NCBI GenBank assembly: GCA_963544615.1
Contig: CAUUGB010000002.1
Coordinates: 1-47,669, forward strand
Reading direction: 5' to 3'
DNA length: 47,669 nt
Source of the DNA: an uncultured bacterium
GTDB taxonomy: Bacteria; Patescibacteriota; Microgenomatia; UBA1400; PJMF01
The notes under the pieces were generated by a model. That model did not search any database. It had not been told where the DNA came from and worked only from the letters and a program-made list of their open reading frames with translations. Below, in pieces: positions 34,056-43,900 of this stretch. Each line of letters starts with the position of its first letter. Positions within the stretch are counted from its first letter, which is position 1. The position numbers and the translations under genes were made by a program.

Positions 34056-34664
34056 ATGATAAAAATAGGCTTGACTGGCAATATGACCACCGGCAAAACT
34101 TTAGCATTAACCAAACTTAAAAGTTTGGGAGTTAAAACTCTTGACTTAGATGAATATAGTAAAAAAATTTGCCAATCAGCAGAAATTAAAGACTTACTAC
34201 AAGAGCGCTTTAGTTACCATGTTTTTTATCCCAATGGGCAAGTTAATTTAAGCAAATTGCAACAAATAATTGCCAGTGACGATTATTATCGTTTTTGGTG
34301 GCATAAATTATTGGTAAATCGGCTAAATTTATTTTTACCATTATGGCTTTTTGGCCAACAAAAACAAGGTGTGCCTTTAGTAGTAGTGGCGTTTGCCCTG
34401 ATTATCGAGGCTAATTGGCAACATCATTTTGATGAAATTTGGTTAATTTATTCCACCAAACAAGCAATCTTAGAAAGAGTGCAAGCCAGAGAAAAAATTG
34501 ACCTTGAGTTGGCCAGCCAACTTTTAGCTACCCAAATGAGTGATCAGAAAAAACGCCCTTTAGTTCAAGCAATAATTAATAATTATGGTACAATACCTCA
34601 ACTAGAAGAAGCAGTGGGGGATTTTTTGACCACCCACTTTGGAGATAAAAATTATGCGTGCTGA
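34056..34664 (+). CDS. coaE: dephospho-CoA kinase
   Basis: N-terminal IGLTGNMTTGKT P-loop and length typical of CoaE. TATAAT lies 6 nt upstream of the ATG. Confidence 0.75.
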   Translation: MIKIGLTGNMTTGKTLALTKLKSLGVKTLDLDEYSKKICQSAEIKDLLQERFSYHVFYPNGQVNLSKLQQIIASDDYYRFWWHKLLVNRLNLFLPLWLFGQQKQGVPLVVVAFALIIEANWQHHFDEIWLIYSTKQAILERVQAREKIDLELASQLLATQMSDQKKRPLVQAIINNYGTIPQLEEAVGDFLTTHFGDKNYAC

Positions 34665-35226
34665 AGTTGTTTTAATGGGTTTTGCTGTTTACGACCAGCA
34701 AAAAAATGTGGAATATAGTTTTGGTTATCAGCCAGATGTTATCAATGAATTAGCTTATTACAATGACCCCAATTATGTATGGGGAGGACACACCGACACT
34801 GGCGCCTATACCTGCGAAAAACGCGGTTTTAGTAGTACTCCTTTTGAAAATTGTCCCGGATATATTCGCTATCAGTATTCCGAATTTGAAGGCATTAATC
34901 GCAATATTCGCCTGCAGCGCACTCAAAAACTTGCTGGCAGTTTGGGGGGAAGTGTTTACCCCACTGTTGCGCTAATTTTTCAAGTCGGCAGAAATAATTT
35001 AATGGGCATGATTGTTTTCCCCGATAAATCTTGGACATCTTTTAAAGGTGAATTTTATGCCAGCTTAAATTTTTTCCTTCACCCTTTAGACAATCGTTAT
35101 CCTCAGCTAGACCCTAGTTTTAAGTTGGGTTGCAAACCACCGCGCTCTAGTCAAATTGAAGCGCTTGATTTGTGTCCCCTAGAGCGTGAATGTGCTCAAA
35201 AACTCGAGCAATTAAAAAATCACTAA
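34654..35226 (+). CDS. hypothetical cytoplasmic protein
   Basis: The ATG at 34654 is preferred over the track's TTG at 34639 because GGAGA lies 8 nt upstream. It overlaps the coaE stop by 11 nt. No family recognised. Confidence 0.55.
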   Translation: MRAEVVLMGFAVYDQQKNVEYSFGYQPDVINELAYYNDPNYVWGGHTDTGAYTCEKRGFSSTPFENCPGYIRYQYSEFEGINRNIRLQRTQKLAGSLGGSVYPTVALIFQVGRNNLMGMIVFPDKSWTSFKGEFYASLNFFLHPLDNRYPQLDPSFKLGCKPPRSSQIEALDLCPLERECAQKLEQLKNH

Positions 35227-35236
35227 GCACCAATGA

Positions 35237-35800
35237 TTAACCGCGAGAAACATACTCGCCGGTAGTGGTATCGATAATTAAAGTTTCGCCATTTTTAACA
35301 AAAATGGGGGCTTGAACAATTAAGCCTGTTTCCATTTCTACCGGTTTTTTGCCCGCAGTAACTCTATCACCCTTAATTGCTTCTGGTGCTTGAGTCACTT
35401 TGAGAGCAACTTTGGGAGGTAAATTAACCCCAATCGGGTTATCCTCATAAAAGAGGACATAAACTAAAGTTTCTGGAGTTAAATAATTAATCCCGTCTCC
35501 CACCAGTTGCCGAGGAATTTCAAATTGCTCATAAGTTCTCATATCCATAAAAGCAACAATTTCTTCATCGTGATAAGCGTAAGCCAATTCACGGCTAGAA
35601 ATATCTAAAATGGGTAAATTTTCATTGGACTTAAAGGTAAACTCAATGGTATTGCCGGCCCGAACATCGCGCAGTTTAGCTCTGGTGAAAGCTGACCCTT
35701 TGCCAGGAGAGACAAACTGTGTCCCCGTCACCTGGTAAGGCTTAGCGCGAAACTCAATGTACATGCCTTTTTTAAGATTGCCGCCATTAACTGTTGCCAT
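35237..35800 (-). CDS. efp: elongation factor P
   Basis: 187 aa with the SPGKGSAFTRAKLRDV loop typical of EF-P. SD AAAGGA upstream. Confidence 0.95.
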   Translation of the reverse strand: MATVNGGNLKKGMYIEFRAKPYQVTGTQFVSPGKGSAFTRAKLRDVRAGNTIEFTFKSNENLPILDISSRELAYAYHDEEIVAFMDMRTYEQFEIPRQLVGDGINYLTPETLVYVLFYEDNPIGVNLPPKVALKVTQAPEAIKGDRVTAGKKPVEMETGLIVQAPIFVKNGETLIIDTTTGEYVSRG

Positions 35801-35868
35801 AAAAATCCTTTGCTTTATTTAAGCTATTCTACACCATTAAATCTATGTGTGAAACTTAGGTAAACAGT

Positions 35869-36741
35869 TTAGAGAGTTTCGATTCTAATTGAAGCGTCGT
35901 ACTCAGGAATTTTGACAAAAGTTAAATATTTTTCGGTGGTGGTGAGGCGCTTGTGTCCCACAATCTGAGAAACATAAACCATGGGTAGGCCAGCTCGAAG
36001 TTGTTCCACAATAAAAGTGTGGCGCAAATCATTGACCTTAACCCCAGTACCTAAGCCAGCTAAGCGAAAGTAACGATCTAAACTTTTTCTAATATTGCGC
36101 ACTAAAAATGGCTTACAAGTTTTGGTTAAAAAAACAGTTTTTTCTCTGGCACGAGGACGAGATTTCAAATAAGCTTGCAGAGTTTTTTTAGCAGTTTCAT
36201 TCAGTGGTACTTTACGATTAACCCCAGTGTCTTCAGTTTCAATATTAACAATACTGCGATCAAAATCTAAATCATCTAATTTTAAGCCAGCTAATTCGCT
36301 GATACGCATCCCAGTTTGCAATAGTACTTCCACTATTGCCAACATCCGCACGTCACCACGACAAGCATCACGCAAAGCACGATATTCAGTTTTAGTCAGT
36401 ACTCTGGGGGGAGTTTGCTCACAAGCAGGCTGTGAAACTAGGCGACTGGGATTATCGGGAATAAATTTATTATCTGCCAAATAGCGAAAGTAAGATTTCA
36501 CCGAATTAACTTTTCTGGAAACAGTTTTATCGGAACGATAAACCTGAATTAAATAGTTTTTATAAGCTTCCAAATCAGTGGCGCTAACTCCAGTAATTTC
36601 TACTTTACCCCGAGAAGAGAGAAACTCAGTTAACTGTTCAATATCTTTAGTATAGGCAACAATGGTAGCCTGAGCCTTACCACTAGCGTGAAGGTATTCA
36701 TTAAATTGTTTCTCGCTATCTTGTATAGTCATATTTGACAT
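35869..36741 (-). CDS. tyrosine recombinase, XerC/XerD-like
   Basis: An N-terminal SAM-like domain. The catalytic residues sit in GMRISEL, NDLRHTF and GHKRLTTTEKY. The ATG at 36741 is preferred because AGAGG lies 5 nt upstream. Confidence 0.85.
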   Translation of the reverse strand: MSNMTIQDSEKQFNEYLHASGKAQATIVAYTKDIEQLTEFLSSRGKVEITGVSATDLEAYKNYLIQVYRSDKTVSRKVNSVKSYFRYLADNKFIPDNPSRLVSQPACEQTPPRVLTKTEYRALRDACRGDVRMLAIVEVLLQTGMRISELAGLKLDDLDFDRSIVNIETEDTGVNRKVPLNETAKKTLQAYLKSRPRAREKTVFLTKTCKPFLVRNIRKSLDRYFRLAGLGTGVKVNDLRHTFIVEQLRAGLPMVYVSQIVGHKRLTTTEKYLTFVKIPEYDASIRIETL

Positions 36742-36855
36742 CACTACCTCTTTTTTCTATAATGATTTTAATATAAATATTATCAGCCACAAATATATTA
36801 GTTTCGACCACTTATAACTCACTGGATAGACTCATAATATCACAAAGAGGATTTA

Positions 36856-37248
36856 TTGTCAAGAATGAAACTTATTTTTCGCCCCATATTTATTGTTTTT
36901 TTTGTTATTTTAACTGCTACCTTAGCTGTGTCTATGAGTAAAAAATTAACTAGCCATCAAGATAACAATTTAGCCTTAGAACAAATTAAAAATAGAAACC
37001 AACAGTTGTTAAATGAGCGGCAAAGCTTGCTTTATCAAACCGAAATGCTTAACAATGATGAATTTTTACGCGAAAAACTCCTCCGCGATCAAAAATGGTT
37101 AAAAAAAAATGAAGAAATAAATTTATCACTCAGCGGTTATCAATATACCCCACGACCAATTATTTTCCCCAAGCAATTAGAAATTACCCCAAAACAAAAA
37201 TGGCAACAACTGTGGCAAACTGCTTTTAATCAAACTTATTTGCCTTAA
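36856..37248 (+). CDS. small bitopic protein, possibly FtsB/DivIC-like septum factor
   Basis: N-terminal TM helix followed by a coiled coil with NDEFLREKLLRDQ, reminiscent of septum formation initiator proteins. TTG start 5 nt after AAGAGG. Confidence 0.35.
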   Translation: MSRMKLIFRPIFIVFFVILTATLAVSMSKKLTSHQDNNLALEQIKNRNQQLLNERQSLLYQTEMLNNDEFLREKLLRDQKWLKKNEEINLSLSGYQYTPRPIIFPKQLEITPKQKWQQLWQTAFNQTYLP

Positions 37249-37290
37249 CTCTCTGGGAGACAAAGTTTGCCAAACAGCTTTAATCGGCTA

Positions 37291-37319
37291 TTGACTAAAA
37301 ACCAAACAAGAAGTATAAT
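37291..37319 (+). promoter_or_regulatory. near-consensus promoter (TTGACT-17 nt-TATAAT) upstream of rpoB
   Basis: TTGACT at 37291..37296 and TATAAT at 37314..37319. A 14-nt perfect palindrome, CATAAAATTTTATG (37327..37340), sits at the predicted +1. Confidence 0.55.
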
Positions 37320-37373
37320 AACGGTTCATAAAATTTTATGATGTCGGTAATTTAGTTTGGGGCTAACAATACA

Positions 37374-37406
37374 GGGGTCACCCACATGGGTGAGTCCTTT
37401 TTTTTG
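37374..37406 (+). terminator. intrinsic terminator or attenuator between the promoter and rpoB
   Basis: Hairpin TCACCC-acat-GGGTGA with flanking GG/CC pairs, followed by eight T. It lies 52 nt upstream of the rpoB ATG. Confidence 0.6.
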
Positions 37407-37457
37407 TTTTGTCTTAATCTGAAATTTCGCACCTAGTGTTTATTTTGAAGGGAACTT

Positions 37458-40400
37458 ATGAAGACTGCGGCACCAACACGTCTCATTTGGGGCAAAAAAA
37501 GGAAAGTAATTCCACAATTGGATTTTTTGAAATTACAGCTGGAGTCTTACCAAGATTTTTTAACCAACGGCATTAGAGAAGCACTAGAAGAAATTACTGG
37601 CGACAAAGGTATTGAGGACTACACTAACAAAAATTGGTGCCTTAAATTTGGTAAACATTATTTTCGCCGTGGTGAATACGACATTAAAACTGCCAGACTT
37701 AAAGAAACCACTTATTCCGCCCCCTTATACGCTGAAGCTACCTTAATCAACAAAAAAACTGACAAAATGCAGACTCAAGAGGTTTTTTTGGGTGATATTC
37801 CCATGATGACTCCTGAGGGAACTTTTATTATCAACGGGATTGACCGTGCTGTGGTGACTCAGCTGGTGCGCGCTCCAGGAGTATCTTTTTCTGGTGAAGT
37901 TGACGCGATTTCAGGTCGTTTTTTACATAAAGCTGAATTGCGCCCCATGCGTGGCTCGTGGATAGAAATGTCCATAGGTCGACGAGATTTAATCACTGTA
38001 AAAATTGATAAACGGCGCAAAATGCCAGTTACAGTATTGTTGCGCGCTCTAGGATATGGCAGTGATGAAGAATTAAAAGAAGCCTTAAAACAAGAAATTA
38101 GCCACGATAAATCTAATTTAATTTTAAATACTTTAGAAAAAGACCCCAGCAAATCACAAAATGCGGCTTTACTGGAAGTTTATGACAAAATGCGTCATGG
38201 TGAGCCAGCAATTTTAGATAATGCTCGTGAATATTTTAAACAAATGTTTTATGAGCCCCGGCGATTTAATTTAGGTGAAGTGGGTCGCTATAAAATCAAT
38301 CGTCGCCTGCACATTGAGGTAGATCCTCAAAAAACTACCCTTTCTGCCCTAGATATTTTAGCTACAGTTAAATATTTAGTTGCTCTACATAATGGTCAAG
38401 GCAAAATGGATGACATTGACCATCTTTCCAACCGCAGAGTACGCCGAGTAGGTGAGTTAGTGCAAACCTCAGCACTCCGTTTAGGACTCACTCGTTTAGA
38501 GCGCTCCATTCGCGAAAAAATGTCGATGACTAAAGTGGACGAAAATCTCACTCCCACCATGTTAGTCAATGCCAGACCAGTCATTGCTGCTGTAGCCGAT
38601 TTTTTCCGCCGCAATCGTTTGTCTACTATTCTCGATCAAACCAATCCCTTATCTGAAGTAGACAATTTAAGACGCTTATCAGTTATGGGCAGTGGCGGGG
38701 TGACCAAAGAAAGAGCTAGTTTCTCTATGCGCGACATTAACGCTTCACAATATTCACGTATTTGTCCAGTCCGCTCTCCAGAAGGCCCCAACATTGGTTT
38801 GGTAACCTATCTCTCCCTTTATACTCATATTAATAAATTTGGTTTTTTGGAAGCACCTTATTTTAAGGTAGAAAAGAGAGGCAAGAAAATTAAAATTTTA
38901 GACGATAAAATTATTTATCTCTCTGCTGATGAAGAAGAAGATTACAAAATTACTCACGCGAGTATTGGCATTAATGACCAAGGTGAAATCACTGATGATT
39001 GGGTACCTTTCCGCTATATGAATAATTTTACCGAAGGGCCAGCTTCACAAGTACAATTTATTGATGTAGTGCCACAACAAGTCATTGGCACCTCAGCTTC
39101 GCTCATTCCTTTTATTGCTCATGACGAAGCTAACCGGGCGCTGATGGGCACTCATATGCAGTGTCAAGCAGTCCCCCTCCTTAATCCTCAAGCTCCCATT
39201 ATTGGTACTGGCATGGAAAAAAGTATTGCTACTGCCATGAATCGCACTGTCGCGGCCAGATTTCCTGGAGAGGTTACTTATGCTGACTCCACTAAATTAA
39301 TTGTGGCTATCAAACCGAGTGCGCTAGCTAAAGCCACTAAATTTTACGAGAACCGCTTTGAAGATAATTTGGAATTTGACGGTCAAAATGAAATTTATAG
39401 CCTGCAAACTTATGCCAGAACCAGTCAATCCATGTCATACACTCAAAAAGTGATGGTGCAAAAGGGAGATAAGGTTAACCAAGGTGATATTTTAATTGAT
39501 GGTCCTTCCGCTGATCGCGGGGAGCTTTCCTTGGGCACTAATTTGTTGATTGCTTACATGGCTTTTGACGGCTTAGGTTACGAAGACGCAATTGTAATTT
39601 CTGACCGCTTGGTTAAAGATGATGCTTTAACTTCAGTTACCATTTCTGCCCATAAAGCCAGAGTGATGGACACCAAACTTGGCAGCGAAGAGTTAACCAA
39701 CGATATTCCCAATGTATCCGAAACCGCCTTAGCCAACCTTGATTTAGATGGTATTATTCGCGTTGGCTCCACGGTGCGCTCCGGAGATATTTTGGTGGGC
39801 AAAGTTGCTCCCAGAGGAGAAACTGAACTAACTCCAGAAGAGCGTTTACTGCGAGCTATTTTTGGGGAAAAATCCAAAGAAATTCGCGATACTTCGCTGC
39901 GTTTACCTCACGGTGAGTCGGGCACAGTAATTGGAGTAGATATTTTAGATCGTGATTTAGGTGATGAACTTGATCCTGGAGTTAATAAAGAAGTGATTGT
40001 ACGAGTGGCCAAAATTCGCAAAATCACGGTAGGAGATAAATTAGCTGGACGTCATGGTAATAAAGGAGTAATTTCTAAAATTATGCCTGAGGCAGATATG
40101 CCTCACTTAGCTGATGGTACTCCAGTGGATATTATTATTTCTCCCTTATCGGTGTTAGCGCGGATGAATTTAGGACAGCTTTTAGAAGCTCATCTAGGGA
40201 TTGCTGCCCAAAAACTTAACTATCACGTTGGCATTCCTGCCTTTGAGGAAATCAATGAAGAAAAAGTTTTTGAAGAATTAGAGAAAGCTGGTTTTCCCAA
40301 ATCTGGCAAAATGCAACTTTATGATGGTCGCAGTGGCGAAGCCTTTGCTAACCCTTCAGTGGTGGGAGTAGCTTATATCCTCAAGCTCTCACACATGGTG

Positions 40401-40922
40401 GAAGATAAAGTTCATGCTCGCTCTACCGGTCCTTACTCCTTGGTAACTCAGCAACCCTTAGGGGGTAAAGCCCAAATGGGTGGGCAGAGACTGGGAGAAA
40501 TGGAAGTTTGGGCGCTAGAAGCACATCAAGCAGCTCATACTTTGCAAGAAATGTTAACCATTAAATCTGATGATATTGCTGGCAGAGCCAAAGCTTTTGA
40601 GGCCATTGTCAAAGGTTTAGAAATTCCCGCTCCCACTGTACCTGAGGCTTTCAAAGTGCTCATGCGCGAGCTTAATGCTTTGGGTATTGAAGCAGTGGCT
40701 CTAGAGCCTAATATTCGCGAAGAAACTGACTCTACCACCAACAGTGAAACTAGCTTGCCAGAAGCTAGCGTGCAAGAAAGCCAACTCTCTGAGGAAGAGC
40801 TTTTAGCTAATCAAGCTCAAGCTGCCAGTGAGGACGTAGCTATCATTGACGCTGATCAAGATGATAATGAGTTAGTTATGGCAGAGGACGAAGGTAAAGA
40901 AAAAATGCTTGCCAGTAGTTAA
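37458..40922 (+). CDS. rpoB: DNA-directed RNA polymerase subunit beta
   Basis: Conserved beta-subunit blocks are present throughout (GRHGNKGVISKI, NLGQLLE, MNVGQ-like and others). 1154 aa with an acidic C-terminal extension. Confidence 0.98.
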   Translation: MKTAAPTRLIWGKKRKVIPQLDFLKLQLESYQDFLTNGIREALEEITGDKGIEDYTNKNWCLKFGKHYFRRGEYDIKTARLKETTYSAPLYAEATLINKKTDKMQTQEVFLGDIPMMTPEGTFIINGIDRAVVTQLVRAPGVSFSGEVDAISGRFLHKAELRPMRGSWIEMSIGRRDLITVKIDKRRKMPVTVLLRALGYGSDEELKEALKQEISHDKSNLILNTLEKDPSKSQNAALLEVYDKMRHGEPAILDNAREYFKQMFYEPRRFNLGEVGRYKINRRLHIEVDPQKTTLSALDILATVKYLVALHNGQGKMDDIDHLSNRRVRRVGELVQTSALRLGLTRLERSIREKMSMTKVDENLTPTMLVNARPVIAAVADFFRRNRLSTILDQTNPLSEVDNLRRLSVMGSGGVTKERASFSMRDINASQYSRICPVRSPEGPNIGLVTYLSLYTHINKFGFLEAPYFKVEKRGKKIKILDDKIIYLSADEEEDYKITHASIGINDQGEITDDWVPFRYMNNFTEGPASQVQFIDVVPQQVIGTSASLIPFIAHDEANRALMGTHMQCQAVPLLNPQAPIIGTGMEKSIATAMNRTVAARFPGEVTYADSTKLIVAIKPSALAKATKFYENRFEDNLEFDGQNEIYSLQTYARTSQSMSYTQKVMVQKGDKVNQGDILIDGPSADRGELSLGTNLLIAYMAFDGLGYEDAIVISDRLVKDDALTSVTISAHKARVMDTKLGSEELTNDIPNVSETALANLDLDGIIRVGSTVRSGDILVGKVAPRGETELTPEERLLRAIFGEKSKEIRDTSLRLPHGESGTVIGVDILDRDLGDELDPGVNKEVIVRVAKIRKITVGDKLAGRHGNKGVISKIMPEADMPHLADGTPVDIIISPLSVLARMNLGQLLEAHLGIAAQKLNYHVGIPAFEEINEEKVFEELEKAGFPKSGKMQLYDGRSGEAFANPSVVGVAYILKLSHMVEDKVHARSTGPYSLVTQQPLGGKAQMGGQRLGEMEVWALEAHQAAHTLQEMLTIKSDDIAGRAKAFEAIVKGLEIPAPTVPEAFKVLMRELNALGIEAVALEPNIREETDSTTNSETSLPEASVQESQLSEEELLANQAQAASEDVAIIDADQDDNELVMAEDEGKEKMLASS

Positions 40923-40931
40923 GGAGATAAT

Positions 40932-43900
40932 ATGAAACAAATTGTAGATTTTTGCGCATTACAAATTAGATTGGCAGACCCTCAAGCAATTCTTTCTTGG
41001 TCACATGGCGAAGTCAAAAAACCAGAAACCATTAATTACCGCTCACTTAAAGCCGAAAAAGACGGTTTGTTCGATGAGAAAATTTTTGGTCCCACCAAAG
41101 ACTTTGAATGTTATTGTGGCAAGTACAAAAGAGTGCGCCACAAAGGTATTATTTGCGATAAGTGTGGAGTTGAAGTAACTCAAGCAAGAGTACGCCGGGA
41201 GCGAATGGGTCACGTGAGCTTGGCTTCTCCAGTTGCTCATATTTGGTTCTTTAAAGGTGCTCCTTCTAAATTGTCATTGCTTTTAGATCTCTCACCTAAA
41301 AATATTAATTCAATTGTTTATTTTTCGCAGTACATTGTCTTAAGTGTGGATGATAAAAAACGCGCTGCAGCATTAGACAACTTAGATGAACAAGAAAAAC
41401 AAGATCTAGCTAAAATGATGGCAGAGAGTTCTCAGGAATTGGAAAAAATTAAAAAAACTTGGCAAGAAAATAAAGCTAATTTAAAAAAGAAAGTTAAAAG
41501 CAAAGAAACTCTAGAACTCAAATTTGCTGAAATTGAAAATAAAGCTAAAACTGCCATTGCTTCGGTTAAAGCTGAACTAGAAAACACCACTGCGCAAAAA
41601 AGTGAAATTTACAAAGCCATTAAAGGGAGTGTCAGACGCTTGCAACCTGGTAGTACCATGAGTGAGGAAGAATACTTAAAACTTGATGAATACGATGTTA
41701 CCGACTTTTTTAAGGTAGGCATGGGAGCGGAAAGTTTACTAGAAATGGTAAAAAGTGTGGATTTAGACAATCTGGCTACTTCTTTGCGTCAAGAAATGCT
41801 CCAAAGTACGGGAGCGAAAAAAATTAAAGCTATCAAACGGCTAGAAATTGTGGAAGGCTTTAAGAAATCTGGCACTAATCCTGCTTGGATGTTTTTAACT
41901 GTTTTGCCAGTTATTCCTCCAGATTTGCGTCCCATGGTACAACTTTCTGGGGGCAAATTTGCCACCAGTGATCTTAATGATTTATACCGTCGGGTTATCA
42001 ATCGTAATAATCGCCTGCGTCATTTAATGGATTTGGGTGCCCCCGAAATTATTCTCCGCAACGAAAAGCGGATGCTGCAAGAAGCGGTAGATAGCTTAAT
42101 TGATTCTGCGCAGGTAAAACGTGCGATTAACAGAGCTAATCGCAAACCACTTAAATCTCTGTCAGAAATGCTTAAAGGCAAACAAGGTCGCTTCCGACAA
42201 AACCTTTTAGGCAAGAGAGTAGATTATTCTGGTCGCAGTGTGATTGTGGTTGGTCCAGAACTCAAACTTAATGAATGCGGTATTCCCAAAGATATGGCTT
42301 TGGAAATTTTCAAGCCTTACGTGCTGCACGAACTGATTAAAGATGGTTTTGTCCCCAATGTCAAATCAGCGCGCAAATTAATTGATTCTATGGAACCGAT
42401 TGTGTTTGATATTTTAGAAGAAGTGACTAAAAATCATCCGGTGATTTTAAACCGTGCCCCAACCTTACACAAATTAGGTATGCAAGCTTTTTATCCTATT
42501 TTAATTGAAGGTAATGCTATTCGCCTCCACCCCTGCGTATGTTCTGGCTATAACGCTGACTTTGACGGTGACCAAATGGCAGTCCATTTACCCCTCACCG
42601 ATGAAGCTCAGAGTGAATGTCGGGAGCTAATGATGGCAGAGAGCAACTTGCTCAAACCCGCCAATGGCGATCCAGTTACCGTACCTAATAAAGAGATGGC
42701 GATGGGACTTTTTTATTACACTAGTATTGATGAGCAGCTAAAAGAGAGCCAAACTATTTTTGCTAGTGTGGATGAAGCATTCCATGTTCACTCTGAAGGA
42801 CTGATTAAAACCAGGCAAAAAATTAAAGTTCGCCTCAGTGATGGCCAAATTGTCCAAACTACTATTGGCCGAATTGAATTTAATCAAATTTTGCCCGATA
42901 AGGTTTTTTTGAATGAAGCCATTAATGCTAAAAAAATTAAAGAAATTGTCACCAAAGCTATTGATCTTTATGATAAACAAATAGTAGCTAAATTAATTGA
43001 CGACATTAAAGATTTGGGTTTTGTAGCGGCAACTTACTCTGGCTTATCGGTATCGGTTTCTGATTGTCAAATGATTAAAGAAAAAGACAGCATTATTCAA
43101 AAAGCCAATGAAAAGGTAGAGGAAATTCAGCAAAAATACTTAAATGGTTTTATCACTAACGAAGAAAAGAAAAAGTTGTCTTTTGAAGTTTGGATTCAAA
43201 CTACCGACGAGGTGGCCAATAAAACTTGGGACTCTTATAGCGAAAGCAATGCCGTGAAAGTGATGATTAATTCTGGTGGCACTCGGGCGAGTCGTGATCA
43301 GGTAAAACAACTGGCAGCAATGAGAGGTTTGGTGGTGGATCCCTTGGGCAACATTGTAGAAATGCCCACCAAATCTAATTTCCGTCAAGGTTTATCTATT
43401 TTTGAATATGTGACTTCTGCTCGAGGTTCGAGAAAGGGTTTAACCGACTCGGCTCTTAAAACTGCCGACGCTGGTTATCTAACTCGTCGCTTAGTTGATG
43501 TTTCTCATGACGCTATTATCAGAATGGATGATTGCGGCACTCATGAAGGCATTGAAATTAGCAAAGCTAAAAGACGCGCTAGTTTTGCCTCACGCATTAT
43601 TGGTCGCTTCTTGGCAGCTGATGTGGTGGTAGCCGGGAAAACTCTTTATCAAAAAGAAACCTTAATTAATGAAGAAATTGCCCAAGCACTGGACAAAAAT
43701 GAACAAGTTTCTAGTGTTAAAGTTTATTCACCCCTAACTTGCAAATCACCCAAAGGTATTTGTGCCAAATGTTATGGTTGGAATTTATCCAATCATACCC
43801 GAGCCAAAATTGGTCTGCCCGCGGGAGTGCTCGCTGCCCAATCCATTGGAGAACCGGGTACCCAGCTGACCATGCGAGTCAAACACTCCGGAGGTATTGT

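Noticed and set aside
36769-36782. AT-rich palindrome TAATAT-AA-ATATTA upstream of the Xer recombinase gene as a possible dif-like site.
   Set aside because: It is very short and made entirely of A/T in an AT-rich promoter region. It does not resemble dif consensus sequences I know, so I cannot distinguish it from chance.
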